Source: the human T2T-CHM13v2.0 reference genome, Homo sapiens. From it: 64,000 nt of DNA. Each line of letters opens with the position of its first letter. Within the stretch, counting starts at the first letter, position 1. The notes under the pieces are model-generated. The model had not been told where the DNA came from, searched no databases, and saw nothing but the letters and a program-made list of their open reading frames with translations. This document shows positions 11,401 to 25,099 of this stretch, piece by piece. Made by a program: the position numbers and the translations under genes. The stretch lies in assembly GCF_009914755.1 (NCBI RefSeq), contig NC_060946.1. One strand, 5' to 3'.

Positions 11401-14400
11401 ACGTAATCCCGTTTCCAACGAAATCCTCCAAGCTATCCAAATATCCACTTGCAGATTCCACAGAAAGACTGTTTCAAAACTGCTCTGTCAATAGAAAGGT
11501 TCAACTCTGTTAGCTGCGTGCATATATCCCAAAGAAGATTCTGAGATTGCTTCTGTCTAGTTTTTATGGGAAGATATTTCCCTTTTCACCGTAGGTGTCA
11601 AGGCGCTCCAAATGTCCACTTCCAGATACTACAAAAAGAGTGTTTCAAACCTACTCTGTGAAAAGGAATATTCAACTCTGTGACTTGAATGCAGATATCA
11701 CAAAGAAGTTTCTGAGAATGCTTCTGTCGAGATTTTATATGAAGATATTCCCGTTTCCAACGAAATCCTGAAATCTATCCAAATATCCCCTCGCAGATTC
11801 TACAAAAAGAGTGTTTCAAAACTGCTCTGTAAAAAGAAAGGTTCAACTCTGTTAGTTGAGTACACACATCACAAACAAGTTTCACAGAATGCTTCTTTCT
11901 AGCTTGTAGGGGAAGATATTCCCTTTATCACCATGGGCCTCCAACCGTCCGAAACGTCCACTTCCATATACTACAAAAAGAGCGTTTCAAACCTGCTCTA
12001 GGAAAGGCAATGTTCAACTCTGTGACTTGAATGCAGACATCACAGAGCAGTTTCTGAGAATGCTTCTGTCTAGATTTTATAGGAAGATATTCCCGTTTCC
12101 AACGAAATCTTCACAGCTATCCAAATATCCACTTGCAGATTCTACAAAAAGAGTGTATCAAAACTGCTCTGTCAAAAGGAAGGTTCTTCTCTGTTAGGTG
12201 AGTGCATACGTCATAAAGGAGTTTCTGAGAATGTTTCTGTCTAGTGGTTATGGGAAGATATTTCCTTTTTCACCGTAGGCCTCAGAGCGCTCCAAATATC
12301 CACTTGCACATACTACAAAAAGAGTGCCTCAAAGCTGCTCTTTGAAACGGAATGTTCAACTCTATGAGTTGAATGCAAACATCACAAAGACGTTTCTGAG
12401 AATGCTTCTGTCTAGATTTGATATGAAGATATTCCCGTTTCCAACGAAATCTTCAAATCTATCCAAATGTCCACTTGCAGATTCAACAAAAAGTGTTTTT
12501 CAGAACTGCTCTATCAAAAGAAAGATCCACATCTGTTAGCTGAGTTCACACATCACAAACAAGTTTATGAGAATGCTTCTGTCTAGTTTTTATTTGAAGA
12601 TATTTCCTTTCTCACCATAGACCTGAAAGCTGTCCTAATGTTCACTTCCAGATACTACAGAAAGAGTGTTTCAAAACTGCTGTATGAAAGGGAATGTTGA
12701 ACTCTGTGACTTGAATGCACACATCACAAAGAAGTTTCTGAGGATGCTGCTGTCTACTTTTTATATGTAATCCCGTTTCCAACGAAATCCTCCAAGCTAT
12801 CCAAATATCCACTTGCAGATTCCACAGAAAGACTGTTTCAAAACTGCTCTGTCAATAGAAAGGTTCAACTCTGTTAGCTGCGTGCATATATCCCAAAGAA
12901 GATTCTGAGATTGCTTCTGTCTAGTTTTTATGGGAAGATATTTCCCTTTTCACCGTAGGCGTCAAGGCGCTCCAAATGTCCACTTCCAGATACTACAAAA
13001 AGAGTGTTTCAAACCTACTCTGTGAAAGGGAATATTCAACTCTGTGACTTGAATGCACATATCACAAAGAAGTTTCTGATAATGCTTCTGTCGAGATTTT
13101 ATATGAAGATATTCCCGTTTCCAACGAAATCCTGAAATCTATCCAAATATCCCCTCGCAGATTCTACAAAAAGAGTGTTTCAAAACTGTTCTGTAAAAAG
13201 AAAGGTTCAACTCTGTTAGTTGAGTACACACATCACAAACAAGTATCACAGAATGCTTCTTTCTAGCTTGTAGGGGAAGATATTCCCTTTATCACCATGG
13301 GCCTCAAACCGTCCGAAACGTCCACTTCCATATACTTCAAAAAGAGCGTTTCAAACCTGCTGTATGAAAGGCAATGTTCAACTCTGTGACTTGAATGCAG
13401 ACATCACAGACCTGTTTATGAGAATGCTTCTGTCTAGATTTTATAGGATGATATTCCCGTTTCCAACGAAATCTTCACAGCTATCCAAATATCCACTTGC
13501 AGATTCTACAAAAAGAGTGTATCCAAACTGCTCTGGCAAAAGGAAGGTTCTTCTCTGTTAGGTGAGTGCATACGTCATAAAGGAGTTTCTGAGAATGTTT
13601 CTGTCTAGTGGTTATGGGAAGATATTTGCTTTTTCACCGTAGGCCTCAGAGCGCTCCAAATATCCACTTGCACATACTACAAAAAGAGTGCCTCAAAGCT
13701 GCTCTCTGAAATGGAATGTTCAACTCTATGAGTTGAATGCAAACATCACAAAGACGTTTCTGAGAATGCTTCTGTCTAGATTTGATATGAAGATATTCCC
13801 GTTTCCAACGAAATCTTCAAATCTATCCAAATGTCCACTTGCAGATTCAACAAAAAGTGTTTTTCAGAACTGCTCTATCAAAAGAAAGATCCACCTCTGT
13901 TAGCTGAGTTCACACATCCAAACAAGTTTATGAGAATGCTTCTGTCTAGTTTTTATTTGAAGATATTTCCTTTCTCACCATAGACCTGAAAGCTGTCCTA
14001 ATGTTCACTTCCAGATACTACAGAAAGAGTGTTTCAAAACTGCTGTACGAAAGGGAATGTTCAACTCTGTGACTTGAATGCACACATCACAAAGAAGTTT
14101 CTGAGGATGCTGCTGTCTACTTTTTATACGTAATCCCGTTTCCAACGAAATCCTCCAAGCTATCCAAATATCCACTTGCAGATTCCACAGAAAGACTGTT
14201 TCAAAACTGCTCTGTCAATAGAAAGGTTCAACTCTGTTAGCTGCGTGCATATATCCCAAAGAAGATTCTGAGATTGCTTCTGTCTAGTTTTTATGGGAAG
14301 ATATTTCCCTTTTCACCGTAGGCGTCAAGGCGCTCCAAATGTCCACTTCCAGATACTACAAAAAGAGTGTTTCAAACCTACTCTGTGAAAGGGAATATTC

Positions 14401-15630
14401 AACTCTGTGACTTGAATGCACATATCACAAAGAAGTTTCTGATAATGCTTCTGTCGAGATTTTATATGAAGATATTCCCGTTTCCAACGAAATCCTGAAA
14501 TCTATCCAAATATCCCCTCGCAGATTCTACAAAAAGAGTGTTTCAAAACTGCTCTGTAAAAAGAAAGGTTCAACTCTGTTAGTTGAGTACACACATCACA
14601 AACAAGTTTCACAGAATGCTTCTTTCTAGCTTGTAGGGGAAGATATTCCCTTTATCACCATGGGCCTCCAACCGTCCGAAACATCCACTTCCATATACTA
14701 CAAAAAGAGCGTTTCAAACCTGCTCTATGAAAGGCAATGTTCAACTCTGTGACTTGAATGCAGACATCACAGAGCAGTTTCTGAGAATGCTTCTGTCTAG
14801 ATTTTATAGGAAGATATTCCCGTTTCCAACGAAATCTTCACAGCTATCCAAATATCCACTTGCAGATTCTACAAAAGGAGTGTATCAAAACTGCTCTGTC
14901 AAAAGGAAGGTTCTTCTCTGTTAGGTGAGTGCATACGTCATAAAGGAGTTTCTGAGAATGTTTCTGTCTAGTGGTTATGGGAAGATATTTGCTTTTTCAC
15001 CGTAGGCCTCAGAGCGCTCCAAATATCCACTTGCACATACTACAAAAAGAGTGCCTCAAAGCTGCTCTCTGAAACGGAATGTTCAACTCTATGAGTTGAA
15101 TGCAAACATCACAAAGACGTTTCTGAGAATGCTTCTGTCTAGATTTGATATGAAGATATTCCCGTTTCCAACGAAATCTTCAAATCTATCCAAATGTCCA
15201 CTTGCAGATTCAACAAAAAGTGTTTTTCAGAACTGCTCTATCAAAAGAAAGATCCACCTCTGTTAGCTGAGTTCACACATCACAAACAAGTTTATGAGAA
15301 TGCTTCTGTCTAGTTTTTATTTGAAGATATTTCCTTTCTCACCATAGACCTGAAAGCTGTCCTAATGTTCACTTCCAGATACTACAGAAAGAGTGTTTCA
15401 AAACTGCTGTACGAAAGGGAATGTTCAACTCTGTGACTTGAATGCACACATCACAAAGAAGTTTCTGAGGATGCTGCTGTCTACTTTTTATACGTAATCC
15501 CGTTTCCAACGAAATCCTCCAAGCTATCCAAATATCCACTTGCAGATTCCACAGAAAGACTGTTTCAAAACTGCTCTGTCAATAGAAAGGTTCAACTCTG
15601 TTAGCTGCGTGCATATATCCCAAAGAAGAT
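5455..15630. repeat. Multi-HOR block duplication, period 5454 bp (copies 5-8 vs 9-12)
   Basis: The same ordered SNV/indel haplotypes recur at offset 5454 (ORFs 5507/10961, 6870/12324, 7910/13364, 8234/13688, 9273/14727). Boundaries are approximate. Confidence 0.88.
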
Positions 15631-18600
15631 TCTGAGATTCCTTCTGTCTAGTTTTTATGGGAAGATATTTCCCTTTTCACCGTAGGCGTCAAGGCGCTCC
15701 AAATGTCCACTTCCAGATACTACAAAAAGAGTGTTTCAAACCTACTCTGTGAAAGCGAATATTCAACTCTGTGACTTGAATGCACATATCACAAAGAAGT
15801 TTCTGAGAATGCTTCTGTCGAGATTTTATATGAAGATATTCCCGTTTCCAACGAAATCCTGAAATCTATCCAAATATCCCCTCGCAGATTCTACAAAAAG
15901 AGTGTTTCAAAACTGCTCTGTAAAAAGAAAGGTTCAACTCTGTTAGTTGAGTACACACATCACAAACAAGTTTCACAGAATGCTTCTTTCTAGCTTGTAG
16001 GGGAAGATATTCCCTTTATCACCATGGTCCTCAAACCGTCCGAAACGTCCACTTCCATATACTACAAAAAGAGCGTTTCAAACCTGCTCTAGGAAAGGCA
16101 ATGTTCAACTCTGTGACTTGAATGCAGACATCACAGAGCAGTTTCTGAGAATGCTTCTGTCTAGATTTTATAGGAAGATATTCCCGTTTCCAACGAAATC
16201 TTCACAGCTATCCAAATATCCACTTGCAGATTCTACAAAAAGAGTGTATCAAAACTGCTCTGTCAAAAGGAAGGTTCTTCTCTGTTAGGTGAGTGCATAC
16301 GTCATAAAGGAGTTTCTGAGAATGTTTCTGTCTAGTGGTTATGGGAAGATATTTGCTTTTTCACCGTAGGCCTCAGAGCGCTCCAAATATCCACTTGCAC
16401 ATACTACAAAAAGAGTGCCTCAAAGCTGCTCTCTGAAACGGAATGTTCAACTCTATGAGTTGAATGCAAACATCACAAAGACGTTTCTGAGAATGCTTCT
16501 GTCTAGATTTGATATGAAGATATTCCCGTTTCCAACGAAATCTTCAAATCTATCCAAATGTCCACTTGCAGATTCAACAAAAAGTGTTTTTCAGAACTGC
16601 TGTATCAAAAGAAAGATCCACGTCTGTTAGCTGAGTTCACACATCACAAACAAGTTTATGAGAATGCTTCTGTCTAGTTTTTATTTGAAGATATTTCCTT
16701 TCTCACCATAGACCTGAAAGCTGTCCTAATGTTCACTTCCAGATACTACAGAAAGAGTGTTTCAAAACTGCTGTACGAAAGGGAATTTTCAACCCTGTGA
16801 CTTGAATGCACACATCACAAAGAAGTTTCTGAGGATGCTGCTGTCTACTTTTTATACGTAATCCCGTTTCCAACGAAATCCTCCAAGCTATCCAAATATC
16901 CACTTGCAGATTCCACAGAAAGACTGTTTCAAAACTGCTCTGTCAATAGAAAGGTTCAACTCTGTTAGCTGCGTGCATATATCCCAAAGAAGATTCTGAG
17001 ATTGCTTCTGTCTAGTTTTTATGGGAAGATATTTCCCTTTTCACCGTAGGCGTCAAGGCGCTCCAAATGTCCACTTCCAGATACTACAAAAAGAGTGTTT
17101 CAAACCTACTCTGTGAAAGGGAATATTCAACTCTGTGACTTGAATGCACATATCACAAAGAAGTTTCTGATAATGCTTCTGTCGAGATTTTATATGAAGA
17201 TATTCCCGTTTCCAACGAAATCCTGAAATCTATCCAAATATCCCCTCGCAGATTCTACAAAAAGAGTGTTTCAAAACTGTTCTGTAAAAAGAAAGGTTCA
17301 ACTCTGTTAGTTGAGTACACACATCACAAACAAGTATCACAGAATGCTTCTTTCTAGCTTGTAGGGGAAGATATTCCCTTTATCACCATGGGCCTCAAAC
17401 CGTCCGAAACGTCCACTTCCATATACTTCAAAAAGAGCGTTTCAAACCTGCTCTAGGAAAGGCAATGTTCAACTCTGTGACTTGAATGCAGACATCACAG
17501 AGCTGTTTATGAGAATGCTTCTGTCTAGATTTTATAGGATGATATTCCCGTTTCCAACGAAATCTTCACAGCTATCCAAATATCCACTTGCAGATTCTAC
17601 AAAAAGAGTGTATCCAAACTGCTCTGGCAAAAGGAAGGTTCTTCTCTGTTAGGTGAGTGCATACGTCATAAAGGAGTTTCTGAGAATGTTTCGGTCTAGT
17701 GGTTATGGGAAGATATTTGCTTTTTCACCGTAGGCCTCAGAGCGCTCCAAATATCCACTTGCACATACTACAAAAAGAGTGCCTCAAAGCTGCTCTCTGA
17801 AATGGAATGTTCAACTCTATGAGTTGAATGCAAACATCACAAAGACGTTTCTGAGAATGCTTCTGTCTAGATTTGATATGAAGATATTCCCGTTTCCAAC
17901 GAAATCTTCAAATCTATCCAAATGTCCACTTGCAGATTCAACAAAAAGTGTTTTTCAGAACTGCTCTATCAAAAGAAAGATCCACCTCTGTTAGCTGAGT
18001 TCACACATCCAAACAAGTTTATGAGAATGCTTCTGTCTAGTTTTTATTTGAAGATATTTCCTTTCTCACCATAGACCTGAAAGCTGTCCTAATGTTCACT
18101 TCCAGATACTACAGAAAGAGTGTTTCAAAACTGCTGTACGAAAGGGAATGTTCAACTCTGTGACTTGAATGCACACATCACAAAGAAGTTTCTGAGGATG
18201 CTGCTGTCTACTTTTTATACGTAATCCCGTTTCCAACGAAATCCTCCAAGCTATCCAAATATCCACTTGCAGATTCCACAGAAAGACTGTTTCAAAACTG
18301 CTCTGTCAATAGAAAGGTTCAACTCTGTTAGCTGCGTGCATATATCCCAAAGAAGATTCTGAGATTGCTTCTGTCTAGTTTTTATGGGAAGATATTTCCC
18401 TTTTCACCGTAGGCGTCAAGGCGCTCCAAATGTCCACTTCCAGATACTACAAAAAGAGTGTTTCAAACCTACTCTGTGAAAGGGAATATTCAACTCTGTG
18501 ACTTGAATGCACATATCACAAAGAAGTTTCTGATAATGCTTCTGTCGAGATTTTATATGAAGATATTCCCGTTTCCAACGAAATCCTGAAATCTATCCAA

Positions 18601-20614
18601 ATATCCCCTCGCAGATTCTACAAAAAGAGTGTTTCAAAACTGCTCTGTAAAAAGAAAGGTTCAACTCTGTTAGTTGAGTACACACATCACAAACAAGTTT
18701 CACAGAATGCTTCTTTCTAGCTTGTAGGGGAAGATATTCCCTTTATCACCATGGGCCTCCAACCGTCCGAAACATCCACTTCCATATACTACAAAAAGAG
18801 CGTTTCAAACCTGCTCTATGAAAGGCAATGTTCAACTCTGTGACTTGAATGCAGACATCACAGAGCAGTTTCTGAGAATGCTTCTGTCTAGATTTTATAG
18901 GAAGATATTCCCGTTTCCAACGAAATCTTCACAGCTATCCAAATATCCACTTGCAGATTCTACAAAAGGAGTGTATCAAAACTGCTCTGTCAAAAGGAAG
19001 GTTCTTCTCTGTTAGGTGAGTGCATACGTCATAAAGGAGTTTCTGAGAATGTTTCTGTCTAGTGGTTATGGGAAGATATTTGCTTTTTCACCGTAGGCCT
19101 CAGAGCGCTCCAAATATCCACTTGCACATACTACAAAAAGAGTGCCTCAAAGCTGCTCTCTGAAACGGAATGTTCAACTCTATGAGTTGAATGCAAACAT
19201 CACAAAGACGTTTCTGAGAATGCTTCTGTCTAGATTTGATATGAAGATATTCCCGTTTCCAACGAAATCTTCAAATCTATCCAAATGTCCACTTGCAGAT
19301 TCAACAAAAAGTGTTTTTCAGAACTGCTCTATCAAAAGAAAGATCCACCTCTGTTAGCTGAGTTCACACATCACAAACAAGTTTATGAGAATGCTTCTGT
19401 CTAGTTTTTATTTGAAGATATTTCCTTTCTCACCATAGACCTGAAAGCTGTCCTAATGTTCACTTCCAGATACTACAGAAAGAGTGTTTCAAAACTGCTG
19501 TACGAAAGGGAATGTTCAACTCTGTGACTTGAATGCACACATCACAAAGAAGTTTCTGAGGATGCTGCTGTCTACTTTTTATACGTAATCCCGTTTCCAA
19601 CGAAATCCTCCAAGCTATCCAAATATCCACTTGCAGATTCCACAGAAAGACTGTTTCAAAACTGCTCTGTCAATAGAAAGGTTCAACTCTGTTAGCTGCG
19701 TGCATATATCCCAAAGAAGATTCTGAGATTCCTTCTGTCTAGTTTTTATGGGAAGATATTTCCCTTTTCACCGTAGGCGTCAAGGCGCTCCAAATGTCCA
19801 CTTCCAGATACTACAAAAAGAGTGTTTCAAACCTACTCTGTGAAAGGGAATATTCAACTCTGTGACTTGAATGCACATATCACAAAGAAGTTTCTGAGAA
19901 TGCTTCTGTCGAGATTTTATATGAAGATATTCCCGTTTCCAACGAAATCCTGAAATCTATCCAAATATCCCCTCGCAGATTCTACAAAAAGAGTGTTTCA
20001 AAACTGCTCTGTAAAAAGAAAGGTTCAACTCTGTTAGTTGAGTACACACATCACAAACAAGTTTCACAGAATGCTTCTTTCTAGCTTGTAGGGGAAGATA
20101 TTCCCTTTATCACCATGGTCCTCAAACCGTCCGAAACGTCCACTTCCATATACTACAAAAAGAGCGTTTCAAACCTGCTCTAGGAAAGGCAATGTTCAAC
20201 TCTGTGACTTGAATGCAGACATCACAGAACAGTTTCTGAGAATGCTTCTGTCTAGATTTTATAGGAAGATATTCCCGTTTCCAACGAAATCTTCACAGCT
20301 ATCCAAATATCCACTTGCAGATTCTACAAAAAGAGTGTATCAAAACTGCTCTGTCAAAAGGAAGGTTCTTCTCTGTTAGGTGAGTGCATACGTCATAAAG
20401 GAGTTTCTGAGAATGTTTCTGTCTAGTGGTTATGGGAAGATATTTGCTTTTTCACCGTAGGCCTCAGAGCGCTCCAAATATCCACTTGCACATACTACAA
20501 AAAGAGTGCCTCAAAGCTGCTCTCTGAAACGGAATGTTCAACTCTATGAGTTGAATGCAAACATCACAAAGACGTTTCTGAGAATGCTTCTGTCTAGATT
20601 TGATATGAAGATAT

Positions 20615-21636
20615 TCCCGTTTCCAACGAAATCTTCAAATCTATCCAAATGTCCACTTGCAGATTCAACAAAAAGTGTTTTTCAGAACTGCTCTATCAAA
20701 AGAAAGATCCACCTCTGTTAGCTGAGTTCACACATCACAAACAAGTTTATGAGAATGCTTCTGTCTAGTTTTTATTTGAAGATATTTCCTTTCTCACCAT
20801 AGACCTGAAAGCTGTCCTAATGTTCACTTCCAGATACTACAGAAAGAGTGTTTCAAAACTGCTGTACGAAAGGGAATGTTCAACTCTGTGACTTGAATGC
20901 ACACATCACAAAGAAGTTTCTGAGGATGCTGCTGTCTACTTTTTATACGTAATCCCGTTTCCAACGAAATCCTCCAAGCTATCCAAATATCCACTTGCAG
21001 ATTCCACAGAAAGACTGTTTCAAAACTGCTCTGTCAATAGAAAGGTTCAACTCTGTTAGCTGCGTGCATATATCCCAAAGAAGATTCTGAGATTCCTTCT
21101 GTCTAGTTTTTATGGGAAGATATTTCCCTTTTCACCGTAGGCGTCAAGGCGCTCCAAATGTCCACTTCCAGATACTACAAAAAGAGTGTTTCAAACCTAC
21201 TCTGTGAAAGGGAATATTCAACTCTGTGACTTGAATGCACATATCACAAAGAAGTTTCTGAGAATGCTTCTGTCGAGATTTTATATGAAGATATTCCCGT
21301 TTCCAACGAAATCCTGAAATCTATCCAAATATCCCCTCGCAGATTCTACAAAAAGAGTGTTTCAAAACTGCTCTGTAAAAAGAAAGGTTCAACTCTGTTA
21401 GTTGAGTACACACATCACAAACAAGTTTCACAGAATGCTTCTTTCTAGCTTGTAGGGGAAGATATTCCCTTTATCACCATGGTCCTCAAACCGTCCGAAA
21501 CGTCCACTTCCATATACTACAAAAAGAGCGTTTCAAACCTGCTCTAGGAAAGGCAATGTTCAACTCTGTGACTTGAATGCAGACATCACAGAACAGTTTC
21601 TGAGAATGCTTCTGTCTAGATTTTATAGGAAGATAT
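20615..21636 (-). repeat. Variant 6-mer HOR (1022 bp; 342-bp, two-monomer deletion)
   Basis: ORF spacing 20506 to 22892 is 2386 = 1364 + 1022. At 21621-21670 the box-4 upstream flank (ttttatagg) joins directly to the box-1 downstream flank (cttcaaatctatccaaatgtcc). Confidence 0.95.
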
Positions 21637-24600
21637 TCCCGTTTCCAACGAAATCTTCAAATCTATCCAAATGTCCACTTGCAGATTCATCAAAAAGTGT
21701 TTTTCAGAACTGCTCTATCAAAAGAAAGATCCACCTCTGTTAGCTGAGTTCACACATCACAAACAAGTTTATGAGAATGCTTCTGTCTAGTTTTTATTTG
21801 AAGATATTTCCTTTCTCACCATAGACCTGAAAGCTGTCCTAATGTTCACTTCCAGATACTACAGAAAGAGTGTTTCAAAACTGCTGTACGAAAGGGAATG
21901 TTCAACTCTGTGACTTGAATGCACACATCACAAAGAAGTTTCTGAGGATGCTGCTGTCTACTTTTTATACGTAATCCCGTTTCCAACGAAATCCTCCAAG
22001 CTATCCAAATATCCACTTGCAGATTCCACAGAAAGACTGTTTCAAAACTGCTCTGTCAATAGAAAGGTTCAACTCTGTTAGCTGCGTGCATATATCCCAA
22101 AGAAGATTCTGAGATTGCTTCTGTCTAGTTTTTATGGGAAGATATTTCCCTTTTCACCGTAGGCGTCAAGGCGCTCCAAATGTCCACTTCCAGATACTAC
22201 AAAAAGAGTGTTTCAAACCTACTCTGTGAAAGCGAATATTCAACTCTGTGACTTGAATGCACATATCACAAAGAAGTTTCTGAGAATGCTTCTGTCGAGA
22301 TTTTATATGAAGATATTCCCGTTTCCAACGAAATCCTGAAATCTATCCAAATATCCCCTCGCAGATTCTACAAAAAGAGTGTTTCAAAACTGCTCTGTAA
22401 AAAGAAAGGTTCAACTCTGTTAGTTGAGTACACACATCACAAACAAGTTTCACAGAATGCTTCTTTCTAGCTTGTAGGGGAAGATATTCCCTTTATCACC
22501 ATGGGCCTCCAACCGTCCGAAACGTCCACTTCCATATACTACCAAAAGAGCGTTTCAAACCTGCTCTAGGAAAGGCAATGTTCAACTCTGTGACTTGAAT
22601 GCAGACATCACAGAGCAGTTTCTGAGAATGCTTCTGTCTAGATTTTATAGGAAGATATTCCCGTTTCCAACGAAATCTTCACAGCTATCCAAATATCCAC
22701 TTGCAGATTCTACAAAAAGAGTGTATCAAAACTGCTCTGTCAAAAGGAAGGTTCTTCTCTGTTAGGTGAGTGCATACGTCATAAAGGAGTTTCTGAGAAT
22801 GTTTCTGTCTAGTGGTTATGGGAAGATATTTGCTTTTTCACCGTAGGCCTCAGAGCGCTCCAAATATCCACTTGCACATACTACAAAAAGAGTGCCTCAA
22901 AGCTGCTCTCTGAAACGGAATGTTCAACTCTATGAGTTGAATGCAAACATCACAAAGACGTTTCTGAGAATGCTTCTGTCTAGATTTGATATGAAGATAT
23001 TCCCGTTTCCAACGAAATCTTCAAATCTATCCAAATGTCCACTTGCAGATTCAACAAAAAGTGTTTTTCAGAACTGCTCTATCAAAAGAAAGATCCACCT
23101 CTGTTAGCTGAGTTCACACATCACAAACAAGTTTATGAGAATGCTTCTGTCTAGTTTTTATTTGAAGATATTTCCTTTCTCACCATAGACCTGAAAGCTG
23201 TCCTAATGTTCACTTCCAGATACTACAGAAAGAGTGTTTAAAAACTGCTGTACGAAAGGGAATGTTCAACTCTGTGACTTGAATGCACACATCACAAAGA
23301 AGTTTCTGAGGATGCTGCTGTCTACTTTTTATACGTAATCCCGTTTCCAACGAAATCCTCCAAGCTATCCAAATATCCACTTGCAGATTCCACAGAAAGA
23401 CTGTTTCAAAACTGCTCTGTCAATAGAAAGGTTCAACTCTGTTAGCTGCGTGCATATATCCCAAAGAAGATTCTGAGATTGCTTCTGTCTAGTTTTTATG
23501 GGAAGATATTTCCCTTTTCACCGTAGGCGTCAAGGCGCTCCAAATGTCCACTTCCAGATACTACAAAAAGAGTGTTTCAAACCTACTCTGTGAAAGGGAA
23601 TATTCAACTCTGTGACTTGAATGCACATATCACAAAGAAGTTTCTGAGAATGCTTCTGTCGAGATTTTATATGAAGATGTTCCCGTTTCCAACGAAATCC
23701 TGAAATCTATCCAAATATCACCTCGCAGATTCTACAAAAAGAGTGTTTCAAAACTGCCCTGTAAAAAGAAAGTTTCAACTCTGTTACTTGAGTACACACA
23801 TCACAAACAAGTTTCACAGAATGCTTCTTTCTAGCTTGTAGGGGAAGATATTCCCTTTATCACCATGGTCCTCAAACCGTCCGAAACGTCCACTTCCATA
23901 TACTACAAAAAGAGCGTTTCAAACCTGCTCTAGGAAAGGCAATGTTCAACTCTGTGACTTGAATGCAGACATCACAGAGCTGTTTATGAGAATGCTTCTG
24001 TCTAGATTTTATAGGATGATATTCCCGTTTCCAACGAAATCTTCACAGCTATCCAAATATCCACTTGCAGATTCTACAAAAAGAGTGTATCCAAACTGCT
24101 CTGGCAAAAGGAAGGTTCTTCTCTGTTAGGTGAGTGCATACGTCATAAAGGAGTTTCTGAGAATGTTTCTGTCTAGTGGTTATGGGAAGATATTTGCTTT
24201 TTCACCATAGGCCTCAGAGCGCTCCAAATAACCACTTGCACATACTACAAAAAGAGTGCCTCAAAGCTGCTCTCTGAAATGGAATGTTCAACTCTATGAG
24301 TTGAATGCAAACATCACAAAGACGTTTCTGAGAATGCTTCTGTCTAGATTTGATATGAAGATATTCCCGTTTCCAACGAAATCTTCAAATCTATCCAAAT
24401 GTCCACTTGCAGATTCAACAAAAAGTGTTTTTCAGAACTGCTCTATCAAAAGAAAGATCCACCTCTGTTAGCTGAGTTCACACATCCAAACAAGTTTATG
24501 AGAATGCTTCTGTCTAGTTTTTATTTGAAGATATTTCCTTTCTCACCATAGACCTGAAAGCTGTCCTAATGTTCACTTCCAGATACTACAGAAAGAGTGT

Positions 24601-25099
24601 TTCAAAACTGCTGTACGAAAGGGAATGTTCAACTCTGTGACTTGAATGCACACATCACAAAGAAGTTTCTGAGGATGCTGCTGTCTACTTTTTATACGTA
24701 ATCCCGTTTCCAACGAAATCCTCCAAGCTATCCAAATATCCACTTGCAGATTCCACAGAAAGACTGTTTCAAAACTGCTCTGTCAATAGAAAGGTTCAAC
24801 TCTGTTAGCTGCGTGCATATATCCCAAAGAAGATTCTGAGATTGCTTCTGTCTAGTTTTTATGGGAAGATATTTCCCTTTTCACCGTAGGTGTCAAGGCG
24901 CTCCAAATGTCCACTTCCAGATACTACAAAAAGAGTGTTTCAAACCTACTCTGTGAAAAGGAATATTCAACTCTGTGACTTGAATGCAGATATCACAAAG
25001 AAGTTTCTGATAATGCTTCTGTCGAGATTTTATATGAAGATATTCCCGTTTCCAACGAAATCCTGAAATCTATCCAAATATCCCCTCGCAGATTCTACA

